A DNA stretch of 64,000 bases from positions 2,304,001 to 2,368,000 of the forward strand of contig CAXXLQ010000004.1 of the NCBI GenBank assembly GCA_963668695.2. The letters are read 5' to 3'. Positions 10,928-20,793 of this stretch are shown one piece after another (the stretch's first letter is position 1; each line of letters opens with the position of its first letter). The notes below the pieces were generated by a model. The model was given only the letters and a program-made list of their open reading frames with translations, was not told where the DNA came from and ran no database searches. This DNA comes from Vicinamibacteria bacterium (lineage in GTDB: Bacteria; Acidobacteriota; Vicinamibacteria; Marinacidobacterales; Marinacidobacteraceae). Made by a program: the position numbers and the translations under genes.

Positions 10928-13197
10928 TAACGCCGTTGCAGCAGCAAAAAGACCGAAGCAAGGCCGAAAAACAGGTTCGGAGACCAGGCTGCGAGGACCG
11001 GATCAAGTAGCTCCGCGTCCCCGATGGAACGGAAGAACTGGGTGGCGACCAGATAAACGATCGCGATGGCGAACGCGATTGTGGCGCTGGCCCACGCGCT
11101 CTGATTCGTCCTCCGGAATGCGAACGGCAGGCCGATGAGCACCGTGACCAGCGATGCGAAGGGCAGGGAGGTCTTGGTCTCGAGAGCCACATGGAGCGAA
11201 GGATCGTGATGGCCTGCGGCCTCGATCGTTTCGATGCGGCGCTGCAGATCGCCGTAGGGGAGCTGGTCCGTGGCCAGATCCTGCGCAAGAAGGGCGTCGG
11301 GTATCGAGACGTCCGGAATCTCGCGGATAGCGAAGGGCTCGGCAGCCCGACCGCGATGGAAGTTGCGCTCCCAGCCTCCGATACCCGTCCAGCTCCGCTC
11401 TGCCTCGGACCAATGGGCGGAAGCCGCATAGCTGCGGGCGGCAAGCGACGCTCCGTCGGGGTTCAACCGGAAGATGGACAGCCCGCTCAAGACCGCGTTG
11501 TCCGCGTCGAAATCGTCGTAGTGGTAGATCTGGCCCGCGGGGCCCATGCCCCAGTGGCGCTCCAGCGGATTCACGGTGCGCCGCGTCTCGCCCCGGATGC
11601 GAGCGCCGGTGTCTTCGGTTTCGGACGCCGTCAGAGGAATCAGCCGTTCCTGAAGTCCGAAGCCCGCGCCACTCGCAAGGATTCCCACGGCAAGAGCCGG
11701 GACGACGAGGCGCGTGCGACTGATTCCCCCGCTGAGAAACGCCGTCACCTCGTTTTGGCGGCTCAGAATCCCGAAGGTCACGAGTGTCGCCGTGAGGGTC
11801 GCGAGCGGCAGCATCTGCGCCGTGTAGGCGGGGATCGAGAGGCCGAGGTAGCGAAGCACGGTAAAGGCCGGGATGTCCCGCTCGAAGGCGCCACGGATCA
11901 CCCCGTTCAACAGGCCGATCAGTTGCCATGAGAGGAGCGCGGCAAGTGAGATAAAGAGAAAAATGCAGAATTGGGTGACGACGTACCGGTCGAGGATGGT
12001 GGGCAGCCCGGGCGGACGCCAGCGACGTACGGCTGAGCGGCGGCGGGGCACCCGAAGCCGCAGGCGACGGAGAACGCGGAGCATTGCGGCCAGCGGGTCC
12101 AGTTCCCGCGAGGCCACCGCCAGGAGGGCAATTCCGGCGGCGACCGTCAGGATGTTGGCCCCCCACATGGCGAGCCATGGCGACAGTTCCCCGGCGGCGG
12201 CGAGCTGTTCGCCGAACATGATCGGGACATACCAGGCGAAGACCACGAGGATTGCCATGGCGAAAGCTCCGGCGCGCGCCGGTCCCGGGGACGGTCGGAT
12301 CCCGAGTCCCAGGCCGAGCACCCCGAAGGCAAGGCAGGCGAAGGGAAAGGCGAATTTCTTGTGGATCTCGACCAGATAGATGGGGTGCTCGGTGCCTTCA
12401 TAGGCGGCCACCAGCTCCGGGAGGAACATGGCCCGGGCGCTGTGGCTGGGGCTCAGGGTTTCCGGGCCGAACACTTCCTCGGCGTCGAGGGGCAGGCGAA
12501 TCTCTTCGGCGCGTTGAATGCGGTACTGCCCCGGATCGTCGAGGTCCGCGTTGTGGACCTCCACACCGCTGAGTTCGAGGAAAGCAAGGCGCTCTTCGGG
12601 GACCGTTACCAGCCGTCCGCGGTCCGCCACAAAGATCGTCGGCTCGCCGACACGTGCGGTGTCGGCGAGGAAGACCCGCCTCCAGCCCTCCTCACCCGGT
12701 GGCGCCTCCCCCACCAGCAGGACCCGACCGTCGAGGAGCTCGTCATAGAAGATGCGGGGCTCGATTTCCGTGCGCAGCCGGGAGCTCAGGAGTTCGTCCC
12801 TCAGTTCCACGAACCGCTGGTTCGACGGCGGGACGATTTCCAGCATCAACAGCAGACACAAACCGAATGCGGCGCCTGCCGCAGTGGCGACCGGCAGGAG
12901 GAGACGCCACGGAGAGATTCCGCCGGCCCGCATGGCGATGAGTTCGTGGCCGCTCGAGAGCCGGTTGAGCGCCATCAGCACGCCGAGCAGAAGCGCGCTT
13001 GGAACCGCGACCGCCAGGAGCGCGGGGATCAGTTGGGCAAAGGCCAGGCCCACCGTGGCCGGGTTCGCTCCCTGGGTGACGATTAGCCGGATGTGGACGA
13101 TGAGTTCGTTCAGCAGCAGCGCGAACAGGAAAACCGCAGTCCCGAGAAATACGCCAGGGGCGATGAGCCGGAGAATGTAGCGATTGAGAAGGCCCAC
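10927..13197 (-). CDS. Fused LptF/LptG LPS export ABC permease
   Basis: Two tandem YjgP/YjgQ halves (LLNRYI...ELIAMRAGGIS...KKFAFPFACL; ILDRYV...NEVTAFLSGGIS...AAWSPN). Confidence 0.92.
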   Translation of the reverse strand: MGLLNRYILRLIAPGVFLGTAVFLFALLLNELIVHIRLIVTQGANPATVGLAFAQLIPALLAVAVPSALLLGVLMALNRLSSGHELIAMRAGGISPWRLLLPVATAAGAAFGLCLLLMLEIVPPSNQRFVELRDELLSSRLRTEIEPRIFYDELLDGRVLLVGEAPPGEEGWRRVFLADTARVGEPTIFVADRGRLVTVPEERLAFLELSGVEVHNADLDDPGQYRIQRAEEIRLPLDAEEVFGPETLSPSHSARAMFLPELVAAYEGTEHPIYLVEIHKKFAFPFACLAFGVLGLGLGIRPSPGPARAGAFAMAILVVFAWYVPIMFGEQLAAAGELSPWLAMWGANILTVAAGIALLAVASRELDPLAAMLRVLRRLRLRVPRRRSAVRRWRPPGLPTILDRYVVTQFCIFLFISLAALLSWQLIGLLNGVIRGAFERDIPAFTVLRYLGLSIPAYTAQMLPLATLTATLVTFGILSRQNEVTAFLSGGISRTRLVVPALAVGILASGAGFGLQERLIPLTASETEDTGARIRGETRRTVNPLERHWGMGPAGQIYHYDDFDADNAVLSGLSIFRLNPDGASLAARSYAASAHWSEAERSWTGIGGWERNFHRGRAAEPFAIREIPDVSIPDALLAQDLATDQLPYGDLQRRIETIEAAGHHDPSLHVALETKTSLPFASLVTVLIGLPFAFRRTNQSAWASATIAFAIAIVYLVATQFFRSIGDAELLDPVLAAWSPNLFFGLASVFLLLQRR

Positions 13198-13249
13198 TGC
13201 GGAGTTCCCGGATTGTAGGAGCCGGCGGTTGAAGTGACGCGGCGTTCAA

Positions 13250-14075
13250 GCGGCGATCCATCCCGGCCAAACAGCCTGTGATGAAACCCACGCGGCCCAG
13301 TTCTCCCGGTGGGGGCTCGGCCGACGATCCATCCCGGCCAAACAGCATGTGATGAAACCCGCGCGGCCCAGTTCTCCCGGTGGGGGCTCGGCCGACGATC
13401 CATCCCGGCTGACCGCGTCGCTGCGCGCCGCTCATCGTTGCGTTTCGGTCGAAATACACGCGGGCCAGTTCTCCCGGTGGGGGCTCCTCCCTCACGCGCC
13501 TTGTCAGCCGGGCCCCCACCGGGAGGACTGGCCCCACCGGGAGAACTGGGCCTCGCCCCCACCGGGAGAACTGGCCAGCCTCGGCGCTCACGCGGGTTCC
13601 ATCACCGGCTGTTCACCGCGTCGCTGCGCGCCGCTCATCGTTGCGTTTCGGTCGAAATACACAGGGTATTCCTCCCTCACGCGCCTTGTCAGCCGGGCCC
13701 CCACCGGGAGGACTGGCCCCACCGGGAGAACTGGGCCTCGCCCCCACCGGGAGAACTGGCCGGCCTCGGCGCTCATGCGGGTTCCACCACCGGCTGTTCA
13801 CCGCGTCGCTGCGCGCCGCTCATCGTTGCGTTTCGGTCGAAATACACAGGGTATTCCTCCCTCGCGCGCCTTGTCAGCCGGGCGCCTCGCCGCTCTCGGC
13901 GCTCACGTCACTTCAACCACCGGCCCCTCGGAGCCTGTGGACAAAGTCCCGCGGCGTTCGGCGCGCGATCCATCCTGGCTGAACCGCGTCGCTGCGCGCC
14001 GCTCATCGTTGCGTTTCGGTCGAAATACACAGGGTATTCCTCCCTCGCGCGCCTTGTCAGCCGTGCGCCTCGAGG
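13250..14075. mobile_element. Composite MITE-like repeat cluster, reverse orientation
   Basis: Four copies of CCGCGTCGCTGCGCGCCGCTCATCGTTGCGTTTCGGTCGAAATACAC with 19-bp inserts. Confidence 0.85.
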
Positions 14076-14310
14076 CTCCCACCGGGAGAAATCCCCATGA
14101 TCGGGTCGCCCTGCACACCCCGCCCGTCAAGGAAGAGCCGGGCGGCTCGCTCGGCGGTGGGGGCTCCCTCGCCGGCGCGCCATTCGAGGTGGGGAGAGGT
14201 GTGGCACTCACGTTGCCATGGCGCAGCGTCATCGGCGCTGGTTTCGCGCTCCCGCGCCGTGCCGGTGTGGAGCCCCCACCGGGAGGACTGGCCGGCGTTC
14301 CCTGTCCGGC
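14076..14310. repeat. Second dispersed repeat family (~200 bp), paralog at 58062-58280
   Basis: Shared blocks CATGATCGGGTC..CTGCACACCC and ATGGCGCAGCGTCATCGGCGCTGGTTTCGCGCTCCCGCGC. Confidence 0.8.
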
Positions 14311-14382
14311 GCCGCTTGATTTCAGCCCCGGTCTGCCAGCGCGCCGGGAACGGATTGTCGATCTCTTTCCGATCTCCCATAC

Positions 14383-14454
14383 CCACCGTATCTTGGGGGT
14401 GACGGTATCCCCAGACACAATATGTTGTGGGTTCCGCCTGTGACCGCGTAAGAT
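14383..14454 (+). promoter_or_regulatory. Two NrdR-like boxes overlapping the putative smc promoter
   Basis: CCACCGTATCTTGGGG (14383) and ACACAATATGTTGTGG (14415), 32 bp apart; TTGTGG-N18-TAAGAT. Confidence 0.65.
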
Positions 14455-14504
14455 ACGGGTGGCGCTGGGCAGCGCCGTAGCCACAATCTTCAGGTGAAAT
14501 TCGA

Positions 14505-17500
14505 GTGAGGATCGAGCGCCTCGAAATCGCCGGATTCAAGAGCTTCGCCGAGCCGGTAACGCTTGAGTTCGGGCAGGGAGCCACCGCTGTCGTGGGACCG
14601 AACGGCTGCGGCAAGAGCAACATCGCGGATGCGGTCTTCTGGGTGCTCGGTGAGTTGGGCGCCGGCACGATCCGGGCGCGCGGCAAGGAACTCATCTTCA
14701 GTGGGAGCGCCCTGCGCGAGCCACTCGGAGTCGCCGAAGTGCGGCTCCATGTCAGCGGTGTCCTGCTGCCCCACCCTCGAGCCCTGGCGAATGGTTCCAC
14801 CGGCAACGTATCCGGGAACTCCATGCCCGCGAACGGTGCGTCCCAGACCCGCGGTTCTCTCCACGGCATGCCGGGGAACGGCGCGGCCGCTCGAGACCCA
14901 TCCGATGCCGTTTTCTCCGCCGTTGGTCTGCAACGGGAAGTGGTCGTCAGCCGCCGGGTGGACGCCAGTGGACAGTCGGTCTACGAGATGGATGGCCGAC
15001 GTTGCACCCGGCGGGACATCCGACGGTTGTTCGCCGGCACCGGGCTCGGTCCCGGGTCGTACGCGCTCATCGAACAGGGACGCGCCAACGAAGTGCTCAG
15101 CCGGAAACCGGCTGACCTTCGGCTCTTGGTCGAGGAGGCTGTCGGGCTGGGTGCGTATCGTCTGAATCGCCGGGAAAGCGAGGCGAACCTGCGGGCGGCC
15201 GAGAAGGCGCTCGAGCGGGTGCGCGAACGGCTTGCCGAACTCGACCGCTACATCCGGGTCGCTCGTCGGGACTCCCGGACCGCCAGCCGGGTTCGGGAAG
15301 CCTCTGATCGGGTCCGGTTACTCGGCGTCGCCGAACAAGCTGCCCGGCGGGAAGGGCTCCTCGCGCGTCTCCGGCAGAACGAAGTCCCGGAAGAGACCCT
15401 GAGTGCCGAGCGCGCCCGGCGGTCCTTGAGCCTCGCGGCCTTCGAACGATTCGTGGAAACGATCCGTGACCAAGCCGCCCGGACGGAGTCCGAACTCCGC
15501 GAGGCGACGCGGGAAATCGGGAATTCGGGTGCGCGGCGGGCGAGCGCGATCGCAGTCCTCGACGAGGGTGCGCGGGCCGCGGCAATCCGCGCGTCGCGCG
15601 TATCACGCCTCGATACGGAAGCTGATACGCTCGGTGCTCGCCTCGACGATCTCGAGGACACGCGACGGGAGAGCGCCCGGAGGGCCGGGGAGTTTCCTTC
15701 CCGGCTCGCGGAACTGACCGGCGCTGCGAAGGAGCGGGCGGCGGCCAGGGACCGCGCACTGGCCGAAGAGCGCGAAGCCCAGTCCGCCGTGTGGGAGCTT
15801 CGACGGGAGGCGGATCGCCTGCGGGGGAGCCTCTCCGCGTCCCGAATGTCACGGGAGCAATATGCGGGGAGGCGAGAGCGACTCGCGGCGGCCGGACTCG
15901 GACTCTCCGGAAACCGGAGGGAACTCGAAGCTCGGATGGAACACGCAACCCGAGGGCTTTCCGAAGCAGCTTCAAGAGTCCGGGCGCAACAGGAAGAAAC
16001 CACCCGGATGCGCCGGCAACTCGAGATTGCCGAAGAGGCGTGGCGATCCGCGGCTTCCGACGCCGAGACCGCGCGGGAGCTGGAGGCGCGGGCCGAGAGG
16101 GACCTGGCGGCGCTCTCGGGCCGACTTCGCTCGCTGAAGGCGCTCGTTGTTTCGCGGGAACAGCTTGGAGAAGGTGTCTCGAAACTCATTGAGGCAGCTC
16201 ATCGCCGCGGAATTGCGCTTGGCGGTGCGGTGGGAGAGTTGGTTGAGGTGGATGCGGGTTACGAGCTGGCAGCGGAGCGGGTCCTCGGCGTCCACCGGAT
16301 CCGGCTCGATCGGGTCTCCGACGTGTCGGAACTGATTGAGGAACTTGGAGGCGACGAAGCCGGACCTTCGGAGGTAGTGGTGTCCGAGTTGCTCGAGGCT
16401 TGCGGGCCGCCCGAGCGGCCGGCATCCGCTGGCGACGACCGTTTGAGCGACCACTTGACGCCGGTGGATCCGGGGCTCGATTCCGTCATTCCGAACGCGG
16501 TGGTCACGGGGAGCCTCGAGGAGGCGCTGGCCGCCTTCGTGCGGAAGCCGGGGGTCTATGTGACTCGGGACGGCGCCAGCGTGGCGCTACCCGGAATCGT
16601 GCGCTTTGGGCGTGGCGGGCCCGGGGAAGGCTTCCTGAGCACTCGCCGCGAAGTGGCCGAACTCGAAGCGGGAGAGGAAGAAGGAACCCGCCGACTTGCC
16701 CGGCTCGCGCGGTCGCGTACCGCCGCCGTACAAACCGCGGACGAGGCTGGAAGGGCGGTCGAAGAACTTCGCGGGGCAGCGGGACGTGCGGAAAACCTCG
16801 TCGTGCGCCTCCGGCTCGAGTCGGCCCATCATCAGGAGACAGTCGAGAACGTCCGAAAGAGGATCGAAGAACTGAGCGCCGAGGTTTCGCGCCATTCCGA
16901 GGAACTGGAGCGCAACGAGAAAGACGACTCGCGAGCGGCGAAGAATCTGGCCCGTGACGAGATCCGGCTCGAGCAGGCGTCCCGCGAGCTGGTTGAGCGC
17001 GAGGCGGCACACGCGGCTCTCCGGCGCGAGCTCGAGCAGCGCGAGCAGCGGTGGCGCGACGCGGACCGTGAGCTAACCCGTCAGAACGCGGTGGCCGACG
17101 AGGTCGCGGGTCGGGCCCGGGCCCTCGAACGGCAGGTACAAGAGGACCGGCACCGGCTCGCGCGGATCCACTCGGAGTGCGCCGCTGCGCGCCGTGAGGA
17201 AGAAGAATGGCTGGCGCGACGGGAGTCGGCGCTTCGCGAACGAAGCTCCGCTGATTCGACGATTGCGGAACGGGAGACTCGGGAGCAGGTGCTGACCTCG
17301 ACCGCCGCGGGCCTGCGATCTCGACTGGAGCACGCCGTGGAGGCGGCGCGTCGGCGTGGCCTCGAACTCCGGGATGTAGAGGAACGGCTGCACCAGCTTC
17401 AGTCGGCAACCCAGGAGGCCCGAGGCCTCCTGAGGGAGTTGGAGAACGAGTTCCGGCGGGCGCATGGACGTGAGTTCGCTGAGCAAGCCGCGTCGCTCCC

Positions 17501-18404
17501 TGCTGCGCTCCGCGGTCGGTCGCGGGAAGCGATCGCCGAGGAAATACGGCAGGTGCAGGAACGGATCGAAAAACTGGGCCCGGTGAACGAAATCGCCGAG
17601 GCACGACTCCGCGAGTTGGAGGCGGAACGGAGTGAGCCCGAATCACACCTCCGGGATGTGGAACAGGGAATTGCCGACGGACTCAGCGCGATCCGACGCC
17701 AGGACCGCGAGGCGCGTCGAATCTTTCGCGAGGGCTTTGAAGCCGTGAGTTCCGGGTTTGATGCGGCCTTTCGGCAGCTCTTCGGTGGTGGTCGCGCCGC
17801 ACTGCGGTTGGTCGAGATAAAGGATTCGGCGAACGAGGAGAACCTGGGAGAGGATTCCTCGAAGGAAGCGAAGTCGGCAGTGTCCGGTGATTCCGGTGAT
17901 CAGATGGACGCGGCGGGGACCGGGGAGCTGGCGGCAGAGGTCGAAACCTGGAACGGCAACGGAGCCTCCCTCGCGCCGGAAATGCCGGTCGATGCCCATT
18001 TCGGAGTCGAGATTGCGGCGCAGCCGCCGGGGAAAAAGCTGCAAAGCGTCCGCCTCCTCTCCGGTGGAGAGAAGGCCATGACCGCCATCGCTTTCCTGAT
18101 CGCCCTGTTCCGCTACCGCCCGGCGCCCTTCTGCCTGCTCGACGAGGTGGACGCTCCCCTGGACGACGCGAACGTGCAGCGGTTCGCGTCCATGTTGGGT
18201 GAACTCAAGCGGGATACGCAACTCGTGGTCATCACCCATAACCGGTTGACCATGGAGGCTTGTGAGCATCTCTATGGAGTCACGATGGAGGAGCCGGGCG
18301 TTTCCAGACTGATCTCGGTTCAGATCGGCGACGACGTGGACAGCTGGATCGCCGGCGCCGCCGATGCGGACGCCGCCGGTGACGCCGCCACGATGCATAT
18401 CTGA
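14505..18404 (+). CDS. smc: Chromosome segregation protein SMC
   Basis: GFKSF, GPNGCGKSN, long coiled coils with hinge, LSGGEK, LLDEVDAPLD, VITH. Confidence 0.95.
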   Translation: MRIERLEIAGFKSFAEPVTLEFGQGATAVVGPNGCGKSNIADAVFWVLGELGAGTIRARGKELIFSGSALREPLGVAEVRLHVSGVLLPHPRALANGSTGNVSGNSMPANGASQTRGSLHGMPGNGAAARDPSDAVFSAVGLQREVVVSRRVDASGQSVYEMDGRRCTRRDIRRLFAGTGLGPGSYALIEQGRANEVLSRKPADLRLLVEEAVGLGAYRLNRRESEANLRAAEKALERVRERLAELDRYIRVARRDSRTASRVREASDRVRLLGVAEQAARREGLLARLRQNEVPEETLSAERARRSLSLAAFERFVETIRDQAARTESELREATREIGNSGARRASAIAVLDEGARAAAIRASRVSRLDTEADTLGARLDDLEDTRRESARRAGEFPSRLAELTGAAKERAAARDRALAEEREAQSAVWELRREADRLRGSLSASRMSREQYAGRRERLAAAGLGLSGNRRELEARMEHATRGLSEAASRVRAQQEETTRMRRQLEIAEEAWRSAASDAETARELEARAERDLAALSGRLRSLKALVVSREQLGEGVSKLIEAAHRRGIALGGAVGELVEVDAGYELAAERVLGVHRIRLDRVSDVSELIEELGGDEAGPSEVVVSELLEACGPPERPASAGDDRLSDHLTPVDPGLDSVIPNAVVTGSLEEALAAFVRKPGVYVTRDGASVALPGIVRFGRGGPGEGFLSTRREVAELEAGEEEGTRRLARLARSRTAAVQTADEAGRAVEELRGAAGRAENLVVRLRLESAHHQETVENVRKRIEELSAEVSRHSEELERNEKDDSRAAKNLARDEIRLEQASRELVEREAAHAALRRELEQREQRWRDADRELTRQNAVADEVAGRARALERQVQEDRHRLARIHSECAAARREEEEWLARRESALRERSSADSTIAERETREQVLTSTAAGLRSRLEHAVEAARRRGLELRDVEERLHQLQSATQEARGLLRELENEFRRAHGREFAEQAASLPAALRGRSREAIAEEIRQVQERIEKLGPVNEIAEARLRELEAERSEPESHLRDVEQGIADGLSAIRRQDREARRIFREGFEAVSSGFDAAFRQLFGGGRAALRLVEIKDSANEENLGEDSSKEAKSAVSGDSGDQMDAAGTGELAAEVETWNGNGASLAPEMPVDAHFGVEIAAQPPGKKLQSVRLLSGGEKAMTAIAFLIALFRYRPAPFCLLDEVDAPLDDANVQRFASMLGELKRDTQLVVITHNRLTMEACEHLYGVTMEEPGVSRLISVQIGDDVDSWIAGAADADAAGDAATMHI

Positions 18405-18532
18405 TAACTCGTGACTGGCGTGGGGCAGGGCGGCCGATTGGTCGCGCTACGTCGCTCCGGGAGGCGGCCTGCCGCACCCCAGCTCGCGGCCGGGGCGAGG
18501 GGATTCCCGCTGGGTGGCGAGCGCGGGATTCG

Positions 18533-19591
18533 TTGGCCACGGGCCGAACGCCGGACCGCGCCGCCTCCGGCCTGCTCGCGTTGATTGCCGCGCCGGTGCC
18601 AGGTCTCCCCCGCCGGGCCATGGTGTTTGCCGCCGGTCGGGGGGAGCGCATGGGGCCCCTCACCGCGCGCCGGGCCAAGCCGTCGCTGCCGCTCGGCGGA
18701 GTCCCGTTGCTGAGTCGGCTACTCCGGTGGCTCGCCGGCGCGGGGGTCGGGGAAGCGGTTGTCAATCTCCACCACCGGCCCGAGACTCTGGAGCCCATTC
18801 TGGAGGCCGCCGAGCGGACGTTGCCGGGGTTCCGGGTCCTCCGGTCGCCCGAACCGCAGTTGCTCGGCACTTCGGGTGGTCTGTCCTGTGCCGCGGCGCG
18901 CTTCGGACTAGGGCGCGCCGGCAAGGGGCCGCTGCTGGTGATGAACGGCGACACGCTCCCCACTTTCGATCTCGGGGAGATGGTCGCCTTCCACGGCGCG
19001 CGGAGCGAAGAAGCCACATTGCTCTCCGATCCGGAACCCGGACCGGAGTTCTCCGGCGAGCGCCGGCTGGAGACCGATCCGACCGGGACGATCACGGGGC
19101 TCAGCGGGCCGGGGGGACCCGGTCTCGGCTTCGCCGGGGTCTGGTTGCTCGAGCCGCCGGCCTTCGGCTACTTGAGCGGGGGCCCGGGAGGGCTTTCGCA
19201 AGACCTCCTGCCCGGACTCATCGCGGCGGGCTCGGCCCGAGCCTTTCCGAGTCGTGCCCCCTGGTTTGAGATAGGGACTCCGCGCCGCTATCTGGAAGCT
19301 TCGCTGCGCGCCCTCGAACACGAAACGCTTCCCGAGGTCCCGCACCGGTCGGAGAGCACCGGGAGAGTTCGCTTCGAAGCGGGAGCACACGGGAAGCCGG
19401 CCGAGCTGATCGGTGCCGGGAGTGTTCTTGAGGCGGAGGCACGCGTCGAAGGGTCGGTGCTTCTCGAAGATGTGCGCGTCGGAGCGCGGGCCGTCGTTCG
19501 AGGCTCGGTGGTGGCGGCCGGGGAAAGGGTTCCGCCGGGTGCGCGGATCGAAGATGCGCTCTTTGCGGGTGGCGTCGCTGTGCCCCTGTGA
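18533..19591 (+). CDS. NDP-sugar nucleotidyltransferase, MurU-like (start uncertain)
   Basis: AMVFAAGRGERMGPLT...KPSLP, VVNLHH, MNGD, WFEIGTP. Confidence 0.8.
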   Translation: MATGRTPDRAASGLLALIAAPVPGLPRRAMVFAAGRGERMGPLTARRAKPSLPLGGVPLLSRLLRWLAGAGVGEAVVNLHHRPETLEPILEAAERTLPGFRVLRSPEPQLLGTSGGLSCAAARFGLGRAGKGPLLVMNGDTLPTFDLGEMVAFHGARSEEATLLSDPEPGPEFSGERRLETDPTGTITGLSGPGGPGLGFAGVWLLEPPAFGYLSGGPGGLSQDLLPGLIAAGSARAFPSRAPWFEIGTPRRYLEASLRALEHETLPEVPHRSESTGRVRFEAGAHGKPAELIGAGSVLEAEARVEGSVLLEDVRVGARAVVRGSVVAAGERVPPGARIEDALFAGGVAVPL

Positions 19592-19592
19592 A

Positions 19593-20750
19593 ATGGTCCC
19601 GCCGTCCATGAGGAGTGCAGCGTCGCTCGGCGCTTTGACCCCGAAGGCTCCAACCTCGGACGCGAGGAGCCGCCTCGAACTCTTTCTCCGGCGGTCGGAC
19701 GGACCCCTGGCGAGATCGCCGGACGGGGCACGCGTGGAGCCGCTCGTCAAGGAGGCGGGTGAACGGGTCTATTTCCGGATTGGCCCTCGAAGTCCAGTTG
19801 ACCGAGAGGCCGACACGGGAGGCAGGACCCTGGTCCTCTGCGTCATGGCGGAACCCTACGAGCCCGGGACTCTGCCGTTCGCGAATTCCACGCTGTTGTA
19901 CCGCGAACTCGGCGTTCGAGCGCCGCGGATTCTGGAAGAAGTCCCGGAACTCGGAGTGATTGCGCTCGAAGACCTCGGGGACGATCTCCTCCAGATGGTT
20001 GCACTCGACGGTGCGGCCGAGGTTCCCTCCTTGTACGACGAGGCAACGGAGATCATTGCCCGAATTCAGCGCGAAGGGGCTCGTCTCGATGGGACGCCTG
20101 GCGCGAGCCGGTTCCAGGCCTTTTCCCATCGGCTCGACACCGGGCTCTTTTTCCAGGAACTGCTGTTTTTTTCTCAGCACTTCCTCACGGACTACGCCGG
20201 GCTCCGGATGGCCGGCACGGCCGGACAGGAACTGGAGTCACTGTTGAGAGCGCTCGCGGAGGAGGCGGCCGGCGGTCCGTCGGCGCTCGCCCATCGGGAT
20301 TTCCACTCGCGCAATCTGATCGCGGGTGGCGAATCCCCTGATTCTTCTGGCTCACTCCCGGGGCGCCTGCGTGTGATCGACCATCAGGACTCTCGCATCG
20401 GTCCCCGCGCCTACGACCTGATGTCGCTGATACGTGATCCGTACGTGGCCAGGGAAGGGGATTCGGCCATGCCGTTTCGGGAACGCGACCTGATCCTTCG
20501 GTTCCAGGATGCCGCCGGGGTGCGCGGGAGTGCGGAAGAGTTGCTCTCCGAGTTCGATGCGGTCGCGCTCCAGCGCAACCTGAAGGCCCTCGGCACCTAT
20601 GGATTCCAGGTTTCCCGGCGAGGGAACGACGTCTACCGTCGCTATATCGGTCCGACCCTGCAAATGGTCAGTCAAAACCTGGAGCGCCACCACGATCGCG
20701 CCGATCGGCGGAGTCTCGGGAGTCTTCTCGCGGACCTTCCGGACGCCTGA
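19593..20750 (+). CDS. Aminoglycoside-phosphotransferase-fold kinase, AmgK-like
   Basis: LEDLGD, HRDFHSRNL, VIDHQDSRIGP.YDLMSL.RD, LQRNLKALGTYG. Confidence 0.8.
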   Translation: MVPPSMRSAASLGALTPKAPTSDARSRLELFLRRSDGPLARSPDGARVEPLVKEAGERVYFRIGPRSPVDREADTGGRTLVLCVMAEPYEPGTLPFANSTLLYRELGVRAPRILEEVPELGVIALEDLGDDLLQMVALDGAAEVPSLYDEATEIIARIQREGARLDGTPGASRFQAFSHRLDTGLFFQELLFFSQHFLTDYAGLRMAGTAGQELESLLRALAEEAAGGPSALAHRDFHSRNLIAGGESPDSSGSLPGRLRVIDHQDSRIGPRAYDLMSLIRDPYVAREGDSAMPFRERDLILRFQDAAGVRGSAEELLSEFDAVALQRNLKALGTYGFQVSRRGNDVYRRYIGPTLQMVSQNLERHHDRADRRSLGSLLADLPDA

Positions 20751-20793
20751 CACGTAAACTCCCGCGCCGGCGCTGTCAACAACCGCGCATCCC

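Noticed and set aside
4060-14075. Intergenic repeat clusters as CRISPR arrays
   Set aside because: The sequences between motifs are themselves repeated and irregularly spaced, and the clusters have TIRs.
13309-14443. Long ORFs through the repeat clusters (e.g. 364 aa, 263 aa, 9580-10818)
   Set aside because: They are translations of GC-rich repeats that lack stops in several frames, with no domain motifs.
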